Assembly (NCBI GenBank): GCA_043228905.1
Contig: JBHGNT010000014.1
Span: 7,130,001-7,194,000 of the forward strand
Origin: Azolla caroliniana
Taxonomy: Eukaryota > Plantae > Polypodiophyta
DNA: 64,000 nucleotides
Direction: 5' to 3'
Shown: in pieces, positions 22,020 through 34,891 of the stretch
Position numbering within the stretch: position 1 is the first letter of the stretch
Layout of the letters: every line of letters starts with the position of its first letter
Translations under genes and position numbers: made by a program
The notes under the pieces: model-generated
Databases searched by the model: none
What the model saw: the letters and a program-made list of their open reading frames with translations, nothing else
Told to the model about the DNA's origin: nothing

Positions 22020-22840
22020 CTTGAGTATTCTGTGTATATTCCTCTCTATTTAGTGATTCTATTTTTTGGAGTCTGCGGGATCCTGTGGTTTTTTCCCATT
22101 CAGGGTTTCCACGTTAACATCTTGTATCTCACTATTTGTGTTTTCTGTTTTCGGTTTGATTTCTTTTCTTTGCATTTAGCTAGCCAACTAGTTGTGGCCG
22201 TTCCCTCATTCACAACATGATTTTCTTTGGAGCTCTTTGGCCAATACCGCCCTGATTGCTTTGTCAAGTGTTAACTTCCTAGCTTGTCGCAAAACTCGAG
22301 AGAAGTGCAAGGTCTTTGATTTCTTCTTCAAAGTTCAATCCTTGTGAGGAGAGTTCAATCAACACCCAGCTGAAGGTGTTGATATGGGCGGTAGCCAGCT
22401 CCGTCTCTCTTCAAGGTATTCGGCTCGAGTACACAATGCCGAAGACGTCAGAATTGAACAGCCTAATGGAAAGAATGAACCAGACTATTATGGAAAGAGT
22501 CTGATGTATGTTGGGCCGAGCCATTGATGACAGTTGTTTACATTATAAACAGGTCTCCCTCAGTACCATTGGAAGGAGACATACCACAAAGGGTGTGGTT
22601 CAGCAAAGAGGTGTCATACAGGCATCTAAGAGTGTTCGGCTTCTTGGCCTACATACATGTAGTTAAGGACCAAAGAGGGAAACTCGATCCCAAGAGTCAA
22701 CCATGTCTATTTCTCGGCTACGACGAAGATGAATTCGGTTATCGATTGTGAGACCTAATCAACAAGAAGGTGATTAAGAGCCAAGATATTGTCTTTATGG
22801 AAGAGAAGACAATAGCCGATTAGGAAATGGAAAATATGTC
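22020..22840. pseudogene. Jumble of Copia pieces: LTR 3' part (to 22217, +), inverted gag scrap (~22220-22400, -), integrase fragment (~22410-22840, +)
   Basis: LTR motif GTGGTTTTTTCCC..GGGTTTCCACGTTAA..ACAACA; reverse strand LSSQGLNFEEEIK; GIRLEYTMPKTSELNSLMERMNQTIMERV and KLDPKSQPCLFLGY. Confidence 0.75.
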
Positions 22841-22845
22841 AGGAA

Positions 22846-23564
22846 CTACACACTCCCGATGAACAACGCTCGGCCACAACCAAGCTTAGAATCAAACACA
22901 GAAAACGGGAATGAATGCACGACACAGTGAAGAGAAGAGTACACAGGATGTTAACGTGGAAAACCCAAACTAGGGAAAAACCACGGCAGCCCACAGACTG
23001 CAAACTATCACTTTATCAGAATGTACAAATGGTAAAGCATCGAAGCAACGACCTCGAGCTTTCTATCTTTGCCACAGGCGGCGGTTACAACAAAGGCAAC
23101 GACCTCTTCCTCTCTCTCACTCTCTCTGTACACAGTTACGCGCTCTAATCTTGCACCAACAAGAATGACAACCACACCAGTACTAAGTTTGCCCTAAGTC
23201 ATATTTATACTAATATGACTTTTCGGCTATTTACAAATATAGCCACGATGGACTCTCAGAAACATATTTACGAATATGTCCCTTCATCCAGTGAGCACTC
23301 CTCACTGAGCCTGCATCATCCGGCGCTTGCCGAATACTCGTCATCCGGTTCTCACCGGGTCTTCCGTAGCCGGGTACTCGTCATCCGGTTCTCACCGGGT
23401 CTTCCGTAGCCGGGTACTCATCATCCGGTTCTCACCGGGTCTTCCGAAGCCAGGTACTCGTCATCCGGTTCTCACCCGGTCTTCCGTAGCCGGGTACTCC
23501 ACATCCGGTTTCCCATCAGTACTGTTCTTCTTAATTCCCATCCGGAGGGACCTGTTTCCCAACA
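22846..23564 (-). mobile_element. Isolated Copia LTR (related to F/D/E LTRs) with 40-bp tandem repeats in U3
   Basis: Ends ..GGAGGGACCTGTTTCCCAACA and shares GCCCTAAGTCATATTTATACT with F. Unit TCATCCGGTTCTCACCGGGTCTTCCGTAGCCGGGTACTCG at 23341, 23381, 23421, 23461. Left boundary approximate. Confidence 0.82.
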
Positions 23565-23589
23565 AAATATACCTCCATCTATCGATTCG

Positions 23590-26500
23590 AGTTGATGATA
23601 GTTGATGATCAACCGAATCGAACATTGGTCGATTCGATCGAAATCAAATACGAATTACCGGACCTCTTAGAAAGCACATGTGAGTCGACGCTCACTGAGC
23701 AGTGCGGGATTGGGCAGGAGGTTCTCTCCCCATTTCACCCAAACAAAGAAAGCACCAATGCACCTGAACCCTTGGCACGTCGGCCCGAGTCCGGTTATGG
23801 CAGCCCTAGACACTCCACAACGATGGCTTTCTCGTATCCCCATTACAACAAAGAAACCAATGTGGAAGCTCACGCTCGATCATTCCTCAATGTCTGGAGC
23901 ACAAACCATGTGTCACAACGGCTTCCGGAAACCAAAGCTAATGATTCTAAAATCGCAGAGTTTGGTGTTGTTCGCTCAACAATCGACTACTATGACCGAA
24001 ATCACAACAGGGTCAAACGTTGTATCAAGAAATGGGGGAATTACAAATGGAATACGAGCCAACCCCTCACGCAGTTTATAATACCATATAAATATCTCGT
24101 GATCGACTAATTGACATAATATAATTACAAGCAGAATATATATGAGAAGAATAGACAATAGATTACCCAAACAATACTCGACACAGGTGTCTAGTAACTA
24201 ATAACTATATTAAACTCGAATTAGAACGATAGTGTTACAATGTTCTTAGTCCCTTTTTATAGGTGACCTGAAAGGAAAAACTCATCAAGAATACACTTTG
24301 CCTTGTCGGCAAGAACCAACTAAAACTTCTAACTAACTTTAATAAATATTTACATTTTTAACCAACAAAATGTTGAGTCATTAATCTGCCTCTTCGATCC
24401 GACTCTGACTTTGTGTTTCTCCGAACCTTCCCGACTTGGCCCACTCTTCCTGGACCGGCTAACATTCAAACTCACTATCAATGGGCGAGACGGCCAATGG
24501 CACTCTCAGCTTGATATCGCGACCTTTACGGCCTTCGATCAACTCTGCATGACGTTATTGCGCTTCTTTCACAGGAGCATTCTACAAGCACGAAATCATT
24601 GGGCAGTTTTATTCCATCCGATAGCTCCAACAGCAATCGGTCACTGATTTTAGCCTCCAGTTCCAAAACTGACGACGCTAGCTAACACGGGTATTTACAA
24701 AGGATGAGGCAAAGGAAACTTTCCTAGCCGTCATGCGCCGACCCTTCCGAATGACGTAGGGAATGCAGAATTTGACAGGCCATGCAATAGATGGAATTGG
24801 AAGACAAAGACGAATGCATGTCCATGACATCCCTACGACAGGCGTTAGGAAGGGACGACGAGCACCGCTTCTGCTAGGCCATCCAATCCACAATATGTTT
24901 TAACCCACGACACTTAGCGGTCGACTGCAACATGCATGCTCACTGCCCTCTTTGTAACTCTCGGTAGCCTCAGAATACACGACATCACTAGCGACCTTGG
25001 GACGAGCAGGCGCCATCAACCAAGCCCGTGCCTCCACCTACTATCGAAAAAGATGAGTCTAGCGTACATTGTTTAATTTTCCAACAACCAGGCCCTATGC
25101 GACTCAGTGCCCACGACGCGATAAGGGGAAGGACCCGTCTATGAATACCATCATGGAGGAATGTCCAGCAGGTGACTACCTACAACAAGACAAAAGTAGT
25201 TGAGTGGGCAGATCAAGGCAATATTTGGGAAGCTGCCAAAGCTTGGGTCGACAAAGCAATTGCAACCAACGTAAATCGATGTCGGAGGAGGATCCGGTAT
25301 GGCAGGCCTTGAAAGATTGTCAGATTACCGTGACAATGAACAAGCTATTGAATCTGGTTCTGCGATTCCGACATGTTGTAGAGACCGAGTCGAGATTCTG
25401 ACCCACTATGTGGAGTCTAATACAGGGCCAACCGTGGTGGAGCACCATAATCCGGCTATCAAGGTCATCCTACAAGAATAGTAAATCACCATATGCATAG
25501 TCGATGGAGCATCAGGTGTTAACGTCAGCAACAAGGCCACTTGCAATCGCCTTGGCATTACAGACTAGGAAGTGTGCCCATTCTGGCTCTGCATGGCGGA
25601 TATTTGATCAGGGCCGACCATTAAGCCTACTACGAAAGCTAAAAATCGTGATCGACAATCATGTATTTGAGATAGCGGCCGTGTTATTAGCTCTTGATGC
25701 CCTTCGGCATGCGTACCCCCTGCTCCTAGGCCTCCCATGACTATGTTTCGTTAACATCAAGCAGAATTGGTAGCACAACATAAGTTTTCGAAGGGGCCGA
25801 ACCAAGGTTTGGGTTCTGACATAGGAAAGCACACCGCCTACTAAAGCCATGACTCCGCTGTACGCGGAAGTGCACATGCTAGAGGGGCTCGACGATGAGG
25901 AACTCGATACATATCTGGAGGAGAATCCATGAATAGTATCGCTATTTGAAATCGACATCATCAAAATAGTTGGCAGGTACATCACACCCACAACACTGCA
26001 CGTTGAAGACTTCAAACGTAATACGGAGGCAATGATGGAACTCCGTAGGGCGCGGGACACGTTCAATCGAGAAATGGAGATCTCTCGATGCGTCACAACA
26101 TCGACTTTAGAAGAAATTAATGTCGGGACGGCTGACACACCATGACCTACCTCCTTTGGAGAAGGCAACCATGATCAACCTCCTACACGAGTATAAAGAC
26201 ATGTTCACATGGTCGGACGAGGATATAAAGGGGTTGGATCCTAAATTTTACCAAGATCAGATCAATCTGGCGACCAACACCAAACCCATCCAGCAACGAC
26301 GCTACCATATGAACTCTTGAAAGTCGGGTTCATCAAGCCGGTCAAGCAGGCCACATGGCTGAGTCTGATTGTAGTTGCACCAATGAAAAACGGGAAAATC
26401 TATTTGTGTGTCGACTACTGGAAGCTTAACGTGGTCACGATCACATACGCCTTTCCTCTCCCGTTCACGATAGCGTACTCGACGCCATAGCAGGGCACAA

Positions 26501-27554
26501 GATGTATAATGTTTTGGATGGCTTCAGCTGATACAATCAGATACACATCCATCCTGACAAACGAGAAAAAGACCACTTTCGTGACAAAGTGGGGCGTGTT
26601 CATCACCGTGGTGATGATGTTTGGATTGAAAACCACACTTGCAACATTTCAGCGAATCATCACCGAAATTTTCGGTGAATATATTATGGCGTTCATGCAG
26701 GTCTTGTTCGAGGATTTTGTAGTATACGGTGCACGAGCCGAGCATTTACAGCACTTCTGATTGTGTTTAGAGCAATACCGCTCAGCATGACTAAGCCTCA
26801 ATCCGCCCAAGTGCGCGTTCAACGTCACAAGCGGAGCTCTCCTCGGACATATAGTTAGCCGAGAAGGCATCATCGTTGATCCCGGGAAAATCAAGGCCAT
26901 CATTGAGACCCTGACCCTGAAGAACGCAAAGGCCCTCGGTCACTCTTGGGGCAGATCCGTTGGCACAATCGCATGCTTCGTTATCTTGACAAATTTCGCA
27001 ACACCATTATATGTGGCGGTGCACCACACAACATTTAATTAGACAGAGACAAAAGAAAAGGTGGACGTGGCTTTGAAGATAATGCTCACACAGGCACCAA
27101 TAGTACACCAGTAGTACAACCACTCCACGTTTTCATGGATGCGTCGGATATAGCCATCGACAACGCACTAATGCAGTTGACCGAGCCGAATTGGTATAAT
27201 CTCCAGTCTACTATTCCAGCCGGAAATTGTCCATCGCCGAGCGTAACTACTCCACGACCGAGTGTGAAGCCCTAGGTATAATATATAACATCAACAAATT
27301 TTGACACTACCTACTAGGCCAGAAATTCGTCTTCCATGTCGATCACGCAGCGCTACTCTATCTGTATTCGAAACAGTCGCTCACAGGGAAGTTGGCATGA
27401 TGGATGTTGATGTTGCAATAATTTGAGTTTGAAATCCAGCATCGACCAGGCACTCAACACGTGTTGGCGAAGGAGGTTGTCGAAGGGCATGATGACTTTC
27501 CAGACACCGGAATCCTACGCATTTTGGCGAGTGACGCCGAGGGGGCCAAGTTAG
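23590..27554 (+). pseudogene. Heavily decayed non-chromovirus Ty3/Gypsy internal region (gag, protease, RT, RNase H)
   Basis: Gag-like EAHARSFLNVW..KIAEFG; protease CIVDGASGVNV (~25500); RT KTTFVTKWGVF..MMFGLK..ATFQR..FEDFVVYG; RNase H FMDASDIAI and ERNYSTTECEALG. Confidence 0.85.
23966..24464 (-). mobile_element. Old solo LTR (~499 bp) in the gag of the decayed Gypsy
   Basis: TGTT..AACA ends; the host frame resumes (AEFG|LTINGR). Flanks TTTGG/TTCAA are only compatible with a decayed TTCGG TSD. CCTATAAAAAGG on the minus strand. Confidence 0.65.
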
Positions 27555-27877
27555 TGTTGGGAAATCGGTCCATCCGGATGGGATCCGACTGTGAATGAAG
27601 AGATCCGGAAACACTATCGGATGGACCTGGTGACAACCGGAAGAGAAGATAGATTTGTAAATATGTCTTGAGTAAGCCTATTGAGGCTACATTTGTAAAT
27701 AGCCCTAAGTTCATATAAGTATAAATATGACTTAGGGCAATTACTTTAGGTGTAAGAGAGAGTTGTATGTTGTAGTTGTTCATATCGTTGTAACTATTGT
27801 ACAGAGAGAGAGCGATAGAGAGGGAGAGAGCGTGAGATACAGAGAGATACTCTATTCTAATCGCCGGTTGGCGAAGA

Positions 27878-30800
27878 TGTTGGGATTACGGTCCCTTCGG
27901 ATGGGATGGTCGGATCCGGTTTCGGTTTCGGATCCGGATGACGAAGACCCCGGTTTCGGCACCGGATGACGAATGTACCCGGAGAGCGATCCGGATGCAG
28001 GGACATATCCGTGAATATGTTCGCTATGGGCCCCCTGAGGCTACAGTTGTAAATAGCCCAAAGTCATATAAGTATAAATATGACTTAGGGCAAACAGTTT
28101 TACTGTTGCTGATCTTTTTTTCTGTTTTTTTCCACTTTAGAGGAGTGAAGAAAGAAAGTAGCCGTGAGAGAGCGAGAGAGAGAGATAGAGCGCGAGAGAG
28201 GAAGAGGTAGACGCCTCTGTGTATTTCCGCCGCCTGTGGCGAGGACAGCGAGCTCAAGGTCGTTGCCTTGCAGCTCGCCTTTGTATACTTCTCTGTATAG
28301 TGTTGGTTTGGAGTCTCGTACTCCCGTGGTTTTTCCCATCTAGGGTTTTCCACGTTAATCCCTGTGTAAACGCGTCTCGTGTATCTCTTCTTTTGGTTCC
28401 TATTTTCTGCTCCATTGATCCGCGATTACTCGGTTGTGGCCGAGCGAAGAAGGTGAATCCAAGCGGTGATTCCCAACAATCTGGTATCAGAGCGACTGTT
28501 GCAGAAAATGGAAGGCGGCGACAGCGGGCAGCCGGGGATGATGGTGCTGAACGCGCAGAATTACGCCGATTGGAAGATCAAGATGGAGGACCTTCTGATC
28601 GTTCGGGACCTGTATGAACCGATTGACAGGTCGGAAATACCGAAAGGGGTACTTGAGTCGGAGTGGAAGCTCCTGAACCGGAAAGCCGTAGCGACGATCC
28701 GACAATATGTCGATGTAAGCGTCCTACAACATGTGGCGAACGACACCAACGCATATGAGATGTGGAAGAAGCTGTCGGGCCTCTACGAGAGGAAGAATGC
28801 GTTGAACCGGACCTCCCTGATGAGGAAGATAGTAAATCTCAAGTACCGGGACGGCGAGAGTATGGTGGAACACGTAAGCACGTTCATGGGATTCGTGAAT
28901 CAGCTTGCGGCGATCAAGTTCCCGTTGGAGGATGCAATGCAAGCCATCATCCTGATGTGTACATTGCCGGATAGCTGGGAGAACTTGGTGGTGACTCTCA
29001 GCACCTCCTGCACCGAAGACAACCTGTCCTTACAAACGGTAAAGACAAGTATTTTGAACGAAGAAGCGCGTCGGAGAGATAAAGAACCGGCCTCCGACTC
29101 GAAGGCGCTGCTTACCGAATCGGATCGGGGAAGACAATGGAACCGGAGTCCGCAAAGACGAGAGAAGTCGGGGACCCGGTCGCGGTCAAGAGGAAGGCCC
29201 ACATGCTTCCACTGTGGGAAGCCGGGGCACTTCCGAAAGAATTGTCGGCATTACCGAAAAGACAACGGAGCCGACGACACCGATTTGAAGAAGTCACCGG
29301 AGAGAAACGGTGCATACCGGGGAGCCACGGACCGGAGAGGTTCGGATCGGCGAGGGCAGGACCGGAAAGGAACAACGGCACTCGCGGCAAGTGAGGAAGA
29401 AATCATGCTCATCACCGAAGAAGGTGAACTAAACATTGCCGACGATGAGACGACCTGGGTGGTCGATTCCGGAGCATCGTTCCACCTGACCCCGGAGAGA
29501 AGATACTTCTCATCCTACACAGCCGGTGAGCATGGCTGTGTTCGGATGGGAAACGAAGGTACGTGCCGAATTGCCGGCATAGGAGATGTGTGGTTGACAA
29601 CCCCGACCGGATGTAAAATGCTGCTGAAGAATGTCCGACACGTTCCGGAGGTCCGACTGAACCTGATTTCGGCCGGGAGGCTAGATGATGAAGGCTACAC
29701 GGGTAGCATCCAGAACGGCGTAATGAAGTTCAGCAAGGGGAGCCTGATAGTGGCTCGGGCCCGGAAAGACAACACACTGTACCTGATGAATGCCCGGTTA
29801 TGTCCGAAAGAGCTGAATGTGGCAGCCGACACTGCCGGTGAGCTGTGGCACAAAAGACTGTGCCACATGAGTGAGAAGGGGATGAAGAGACTTGCAGAAG
29901 ACAACCTTATTCCAGTGAAGCATGTGCACCTGGAGAAGTGCACCGATTGCCTGGCCGGTAAGCAGAACCGAACCTCCTTCCACTCAAGGCCACCGACGAG
30001 ACGTAGCGCACCATTGGAGTTGGTGCACACCGATGTGTGTCAGGTAGAAACGAAGTCACATGGCGGAGCCCAGTACTTCATAACTTTCATAGATGATCAT
30101 AGCCGAAGACTGTGGACGGCACCGATGAAGACAAAGGACCAAGTGTTGTCCGTCTTCAAAGAACTCCACGCGAGAGTGGAAAGGGAATCCGGCAAGAAGC
30201 TGAAAGCGATACGAGCGGATAACGGAGGGGAATACCGGGGGCAGTTCCAGGAGTACTGTCGCTCGAAGGGAATCCGACTTGAGTTTACTGTGCCGAAGAC
30301 GCCGGAACTGAACGGGCTGGCCGAGAGGATGAACCGGACCATAATGGAGAGGGTCCGGAGTATGCTGGCACATGCGAAATTACCCAAGGGATTTTGGGCT
30401 GAGGCAATGTCGACGGCGACATATGTGATAAACAGATCACCCTCAGTACCTTTGGACGGAGACACGCCGCAGAGAGTGTGGACTGGAAGGGAAGTATCCT
30501 ACCGGCATCTGAAGGTGTTCGGGTGTCTCGCATACGTGCATGTGGCAAAGGACCGGAGAGGAAAGCTAGATCCAAAGACCCGGCCATGCATATTCCTCGG
30601 TTACGGCGACGACGAGTTCGGCTACCGAGTATGGGACCCGGTTGACAAGAAGATATTCCGGAGTCGTGATATCATCTTCATGGAGAACAAGACACTCGCC
30701 GACTGGGAGTCGGAGAAGAAGATGAAGAGCTCCAAGTCGACCGGTGAGGATCAACTCTACGGGGAGCAGTCCCGACCGGCAAGGGACCGGTTAGCACTCG

Positions 30801-33200
30801 AGGATCCGGCCGAAGACGGTGAAGAAACAGAACCGGCCGAAGAAGATGAAAATGATACCGAAACCGGCCCCGATCCCGATCCCGAAATGGATTCGGATGA
30901 AGAAGAAGAATCGGAAGAACCGGTTACCGAAGCTCCGGAACGGAGATATCCTCTAAGAGAGAGAAGGGCCCCCCGGAGATTTCCGGAACCAGAGCATGTG
31001 CTGCTAACCGACGAGGGGGAGCCGGAGAGCTTTGAAGAAGCAAAGCATGACACCCAGAGCCGCAGGTGGTTGAGTGCCATGCAGGACGAGATGGATTCCC
31101 TGCATGAGAACCACACATATGAACTTGTGGAGTTGCCGAAAGGAAAACGGGCACTCCGTAACAAGTGGGTGTTCAAGCTGAAACCGGGAGATGCCGGAAA
31201 CCCCCCGAGATACAAAGCCAGGATCGTGGTGAAGGGGTTTCAGCAGAAGAAGGGCGTCGACTTCGACGAGATATTTGCCCCGGTAGTGAAGATGACCTCC
31301 ATCCGGACGGTGCTGAGCATAGCGGCAAGCATGGACCTCGAGGTAGAACAGATGGACGTGAAGACGGCATTCCTTCACGGTGACCTCGAAGAAGAGATCT
31401 ACATGCAGCAACCGGAAGGATTCGAGAAGAAAGGGAAGGAACACCTGGTATGCCGGTTGAAGAAGAGCCTTTACGGACTGAAGCAGGCTCCCCGGCAATG
31501 GTACCGGAAATTCGACTCCTTCATGACCGACGAAGGGTACCTCAAAACGCAGTCTGACCACTGCGTGTTTGTGAAGAAGTTCGAAGGAGGAGACTTCCTA
31601 ATACTCCTCCTGTACGTGGACGACATGTTGATCGTCGGACGGGACCAGGTCAAGATACGGATGCTGAAGAAGGCTCTTCACCGAACCTTCTCAATGAAGG
31701 ACTTGGGTCCGGCGAGGCAAATACTAGGGATGCATATCATCCGGGACCGGAAGAAGAAGCAGTTGTGGCTGTCACAGGAGAAGTACGTGACGAAGGTGCT
31801 TCACCGGTTCAACATGTCGGAAGCAAGACCGGTCGGATCGACCCTCCCGGCAAACTGCAAGCTGTCCAACAAGCAAAGTCCCAAGACAAAGGCTGAAAAG
31901 GAGGATATGATGAAAGTGCCATATGCCTCAGCCGTCGGGAGCTTGATGTACGCCATGGTGTGTACGAGACCGGACATCGGATATGCAGTCGAATGGTGAG
32001 CCGGTACATGAGCAATCCCGGCAAAGAGCATTGGAACGCGGCCAAGTGGATACTCCGATACCTGAAGGGCACGGCAAACGTGTGCCTCCGATTCGGCTCC
32101 GGTAAGCCCGAACTCGACGGCTTCACCGATTCGGATATGTCGGCTGATGCAGATACCAGCCGGTCCACATCAGGGTATGTGATGACGTATGCAGGGGGAG
32201 CAGTTTCGTGGCAGTCGAGGCTGCAGAAGACGGTTGCGTTGTCAACCACGGAGGCGGAGTACATGGCAGCTGTTGAAGCCGACAAGGAAATAATATGGAT
32301 GAAGGACTTCATTAGAGAGCTCGGTATCCGGCAGGAGGAGTACCGACTCTACTGCGACAGTCAGAGTGCAATCCACCTTGCGAAGAACGCGGCCTATCAC
32401 TCCCGGACGAAGCACATCCAGCGAAGATATCACTGGATCCGGGAAAGGATAGAAGACAAGGAGTTCGTGCTGACGAAGATCCACACGGACGAGAACGGGT
32501 CGGATATGCTGACCAAGGTGCTCACACCCGACAAGCTGGAAGCATGCCGGAAGAGGATCGGATTGGAGAGACATCCCATGCCGAAGTGAAGGGGGAGTTT
32601 GTTGGGATTACGGTCCCTTCGGATGGGATGGTCGGATCCGGTTTCGGTTTCGGATCCGGATGACGAAGACCCCGGTTTCGGCACCGGATGACGAATGTAC
32701 CCGGAGAGCGATCCGGATGCAGGGACATATCCGTGAATATGTTCGCTATGGGCCCCCTGAGGCTACAGTTGTAAATAGCCCAAAGTCATATAAGTATAAA
32801 TATGACTTAGGGCAAACAGTTTTACTGTTGCTGATCTTTTTTTCTGTTTTTTTCCACTTTAGAGGAGTGAAGAAAGAAAGTAGCCGTGAGAGAGCGAGAG
32901 AGAGAGATAGAGCGCGAGAGAGGAAGAGGTAGACGCCTCTGTGTATTTCCGCCGCCTGTGGCGAGGACAGCGAGCTCAAGGTCGTTGCCTTGCAGCTCGC
33001 CTTTGTATACTTCTCTGTATAGTGTTGGTTTGGAGTCTCGTACTCCCGTGGTTTTTCCCATCTAGGGTTTTCCACGTTAATCCCTGTGTAAACGCGTCTC
33101 GTGTATCTCTTCTTTTGGTTCCTATTTTCTGCTCCATTGATCCGCGATTACTCGGTTGTGGCCGAGCGAAGAAGGTGAATCCAAGCGGTGATTCCCAACA
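27878..33200 (+). mobile_element. Very young full-length Copia E (Tnt1/Tork-like); LTRs 27878-28478 and 32600-33200 (601 bp)
   Basis: Perfect TSD GAAGA, PBS TGGTATCAGAGC at 28482, PPT GAAGGGGGAG. No LTR differences seen by eye, and the ORF-track translations over both LTRs are identical. Confidence 0.97.
28508..32589 (+). CDS. Gag-Pol polyprotein of Copia E, with one 1-nt deletion frameshift near 31991
   Basis: CFHCGKPGHFRKNC, WVVDSGASFH, LWHKRLCH, integrase D-D-E (HTDVC..ADNGGE..LAERMNR), LLYVDDML, RNase H FTDSDM..KHIQRRYH. The frame shifts at RPDIGYAV|..VSRY. Confidence 0.95.
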
Positions 33201-34891
33201 GAAGATACAGAGCTCAAGGTTGTTGCCTCCATGGCTCTGATTGTATCTTTCTCCGATAGTGATAGTTGGAGTCTGTGGGCTCCTGTGGTTTTTCCCTATT
33301 TGGGTTTTCCACATACACATCCTGTGTAATATCCTTTCTGTACTCTCCACTTCCCATTTCTGTGTTTGATTCTCATTGAAGTGATTCATTACTCAGTTGT
33401 GGTCGAGCTATATTCCGCGCTATTCTCAATAAACTAGTATCAAAGCGAACAAAACGGGAAATGGAAGAATCGTTTGGCGGCATGTTCAAGCTCACCGGCT
33501 CCAACTACTCAGTGTGGAAGTCGAAGATGAGGGATATGTTGGTGGTTAAAGATATTTGGTTGCATGTTCAGTTTGGGGACAAGAGACCGGATAAGATCGA
33601 CGCCACAGTGTGGGAGGTGATGCACATGAAGACGACGGCATACCTCCGCTGCTTCATCAACATGAGCATGTACAACAACTTCAATGAAGAGAGCAAGACT
33701 CGTGAACTCTAGGAGAAGATCGGCATCATGTTCCAGAACAAGAATGTTGTTAATCAGGTTTCGGTATTCCAGAAGCTAGTGAGGCTCCGGTACCAAGACG
33801 GCTCCAGTATGGCAGAGCACATGAATGCCTTCTAGGGACTGATCCACCAGGCAACCTCGTTGGAAGTACCTATTGACGATGAGGTACCCGCATTGCTCCT
33901 GCTCGGTTTCCTCCCCGATAGCTGGGAGACGTTAGTTGTGACGTTGGGCCATGTCGGGCCAGAAGGAAAACAGTTGTCCCTAGCAAGAGTAAAATAAAGC
34001 TTGCTAGATGAAGAAGCATGTCGGAAGGACCGGGAGTCCGGAACCGATCCGAAGGCCTTGGTCACGGAAGATGACCACAACCGGGGAAGAGGCCGGTATC
34101 GGAGTCCCCAAAACCGGGACAAATCGGGGACGAGGTCGAAGTCAAGGGGGAGGTCCACGTGCTTCTATTGCAGGAAGCTGGGACACTTCCAGAAGAATTG
34201 CCGGCATTTTTGGAAAGAGAGGGAAACCCGCACTACTAATTCGAAGAAGAGTTCAGACCAGAGACGCCCGGATCGGAAGGGAACGTCGGCAATCGCGACA
34301 AGTGAAGAGGAACTGATGCTCATTACATGTCGGCGATGAGACAACATGGGTTGTCGATTCCAGAGTGTCGTTCCACCTAACACCGGATCAGAAATGCTTC
34401 TCATCCTATAGAGCCAATGATCATGGTTGTGTCCGGATGGGGAATGAAGGTACATGCCGAATTATCGGCATAGGAGATGTGTTGTTGACGACATCAACCG
34501 GATGCAAATTGTTGTTGAAAGATGTCTGATACGTTCCGGATGTTCAACTGAACCTGATATCAACCGGTCAGCTAGTTGATGAAAGCTACATAGGTAGCAT
34601 CTAGAATGGTGTTATGAAGTTCAGCAAGGGAAGCTTGATAGTGGCTCAAGCCCGGAAGATCAACACATTGTACTTGATGAATGCCCGGATATGGCGGGAA
34701 AAAGTGAACGTAGCATCTGACACTACCGGTGAGCTGTGGCACAAAAGACTGTGTCACATGAGTGAGAAGGGGATGAAGAGGCTTGCCGAAGACAACTAGA
34801 CCACCAATGAGAAGGAATGCACCATTGGAGCTCGTGCATACCGATGTGTGTCAAGTAGACACGAAGTCACATACCCGATCGTAGTACTTCG

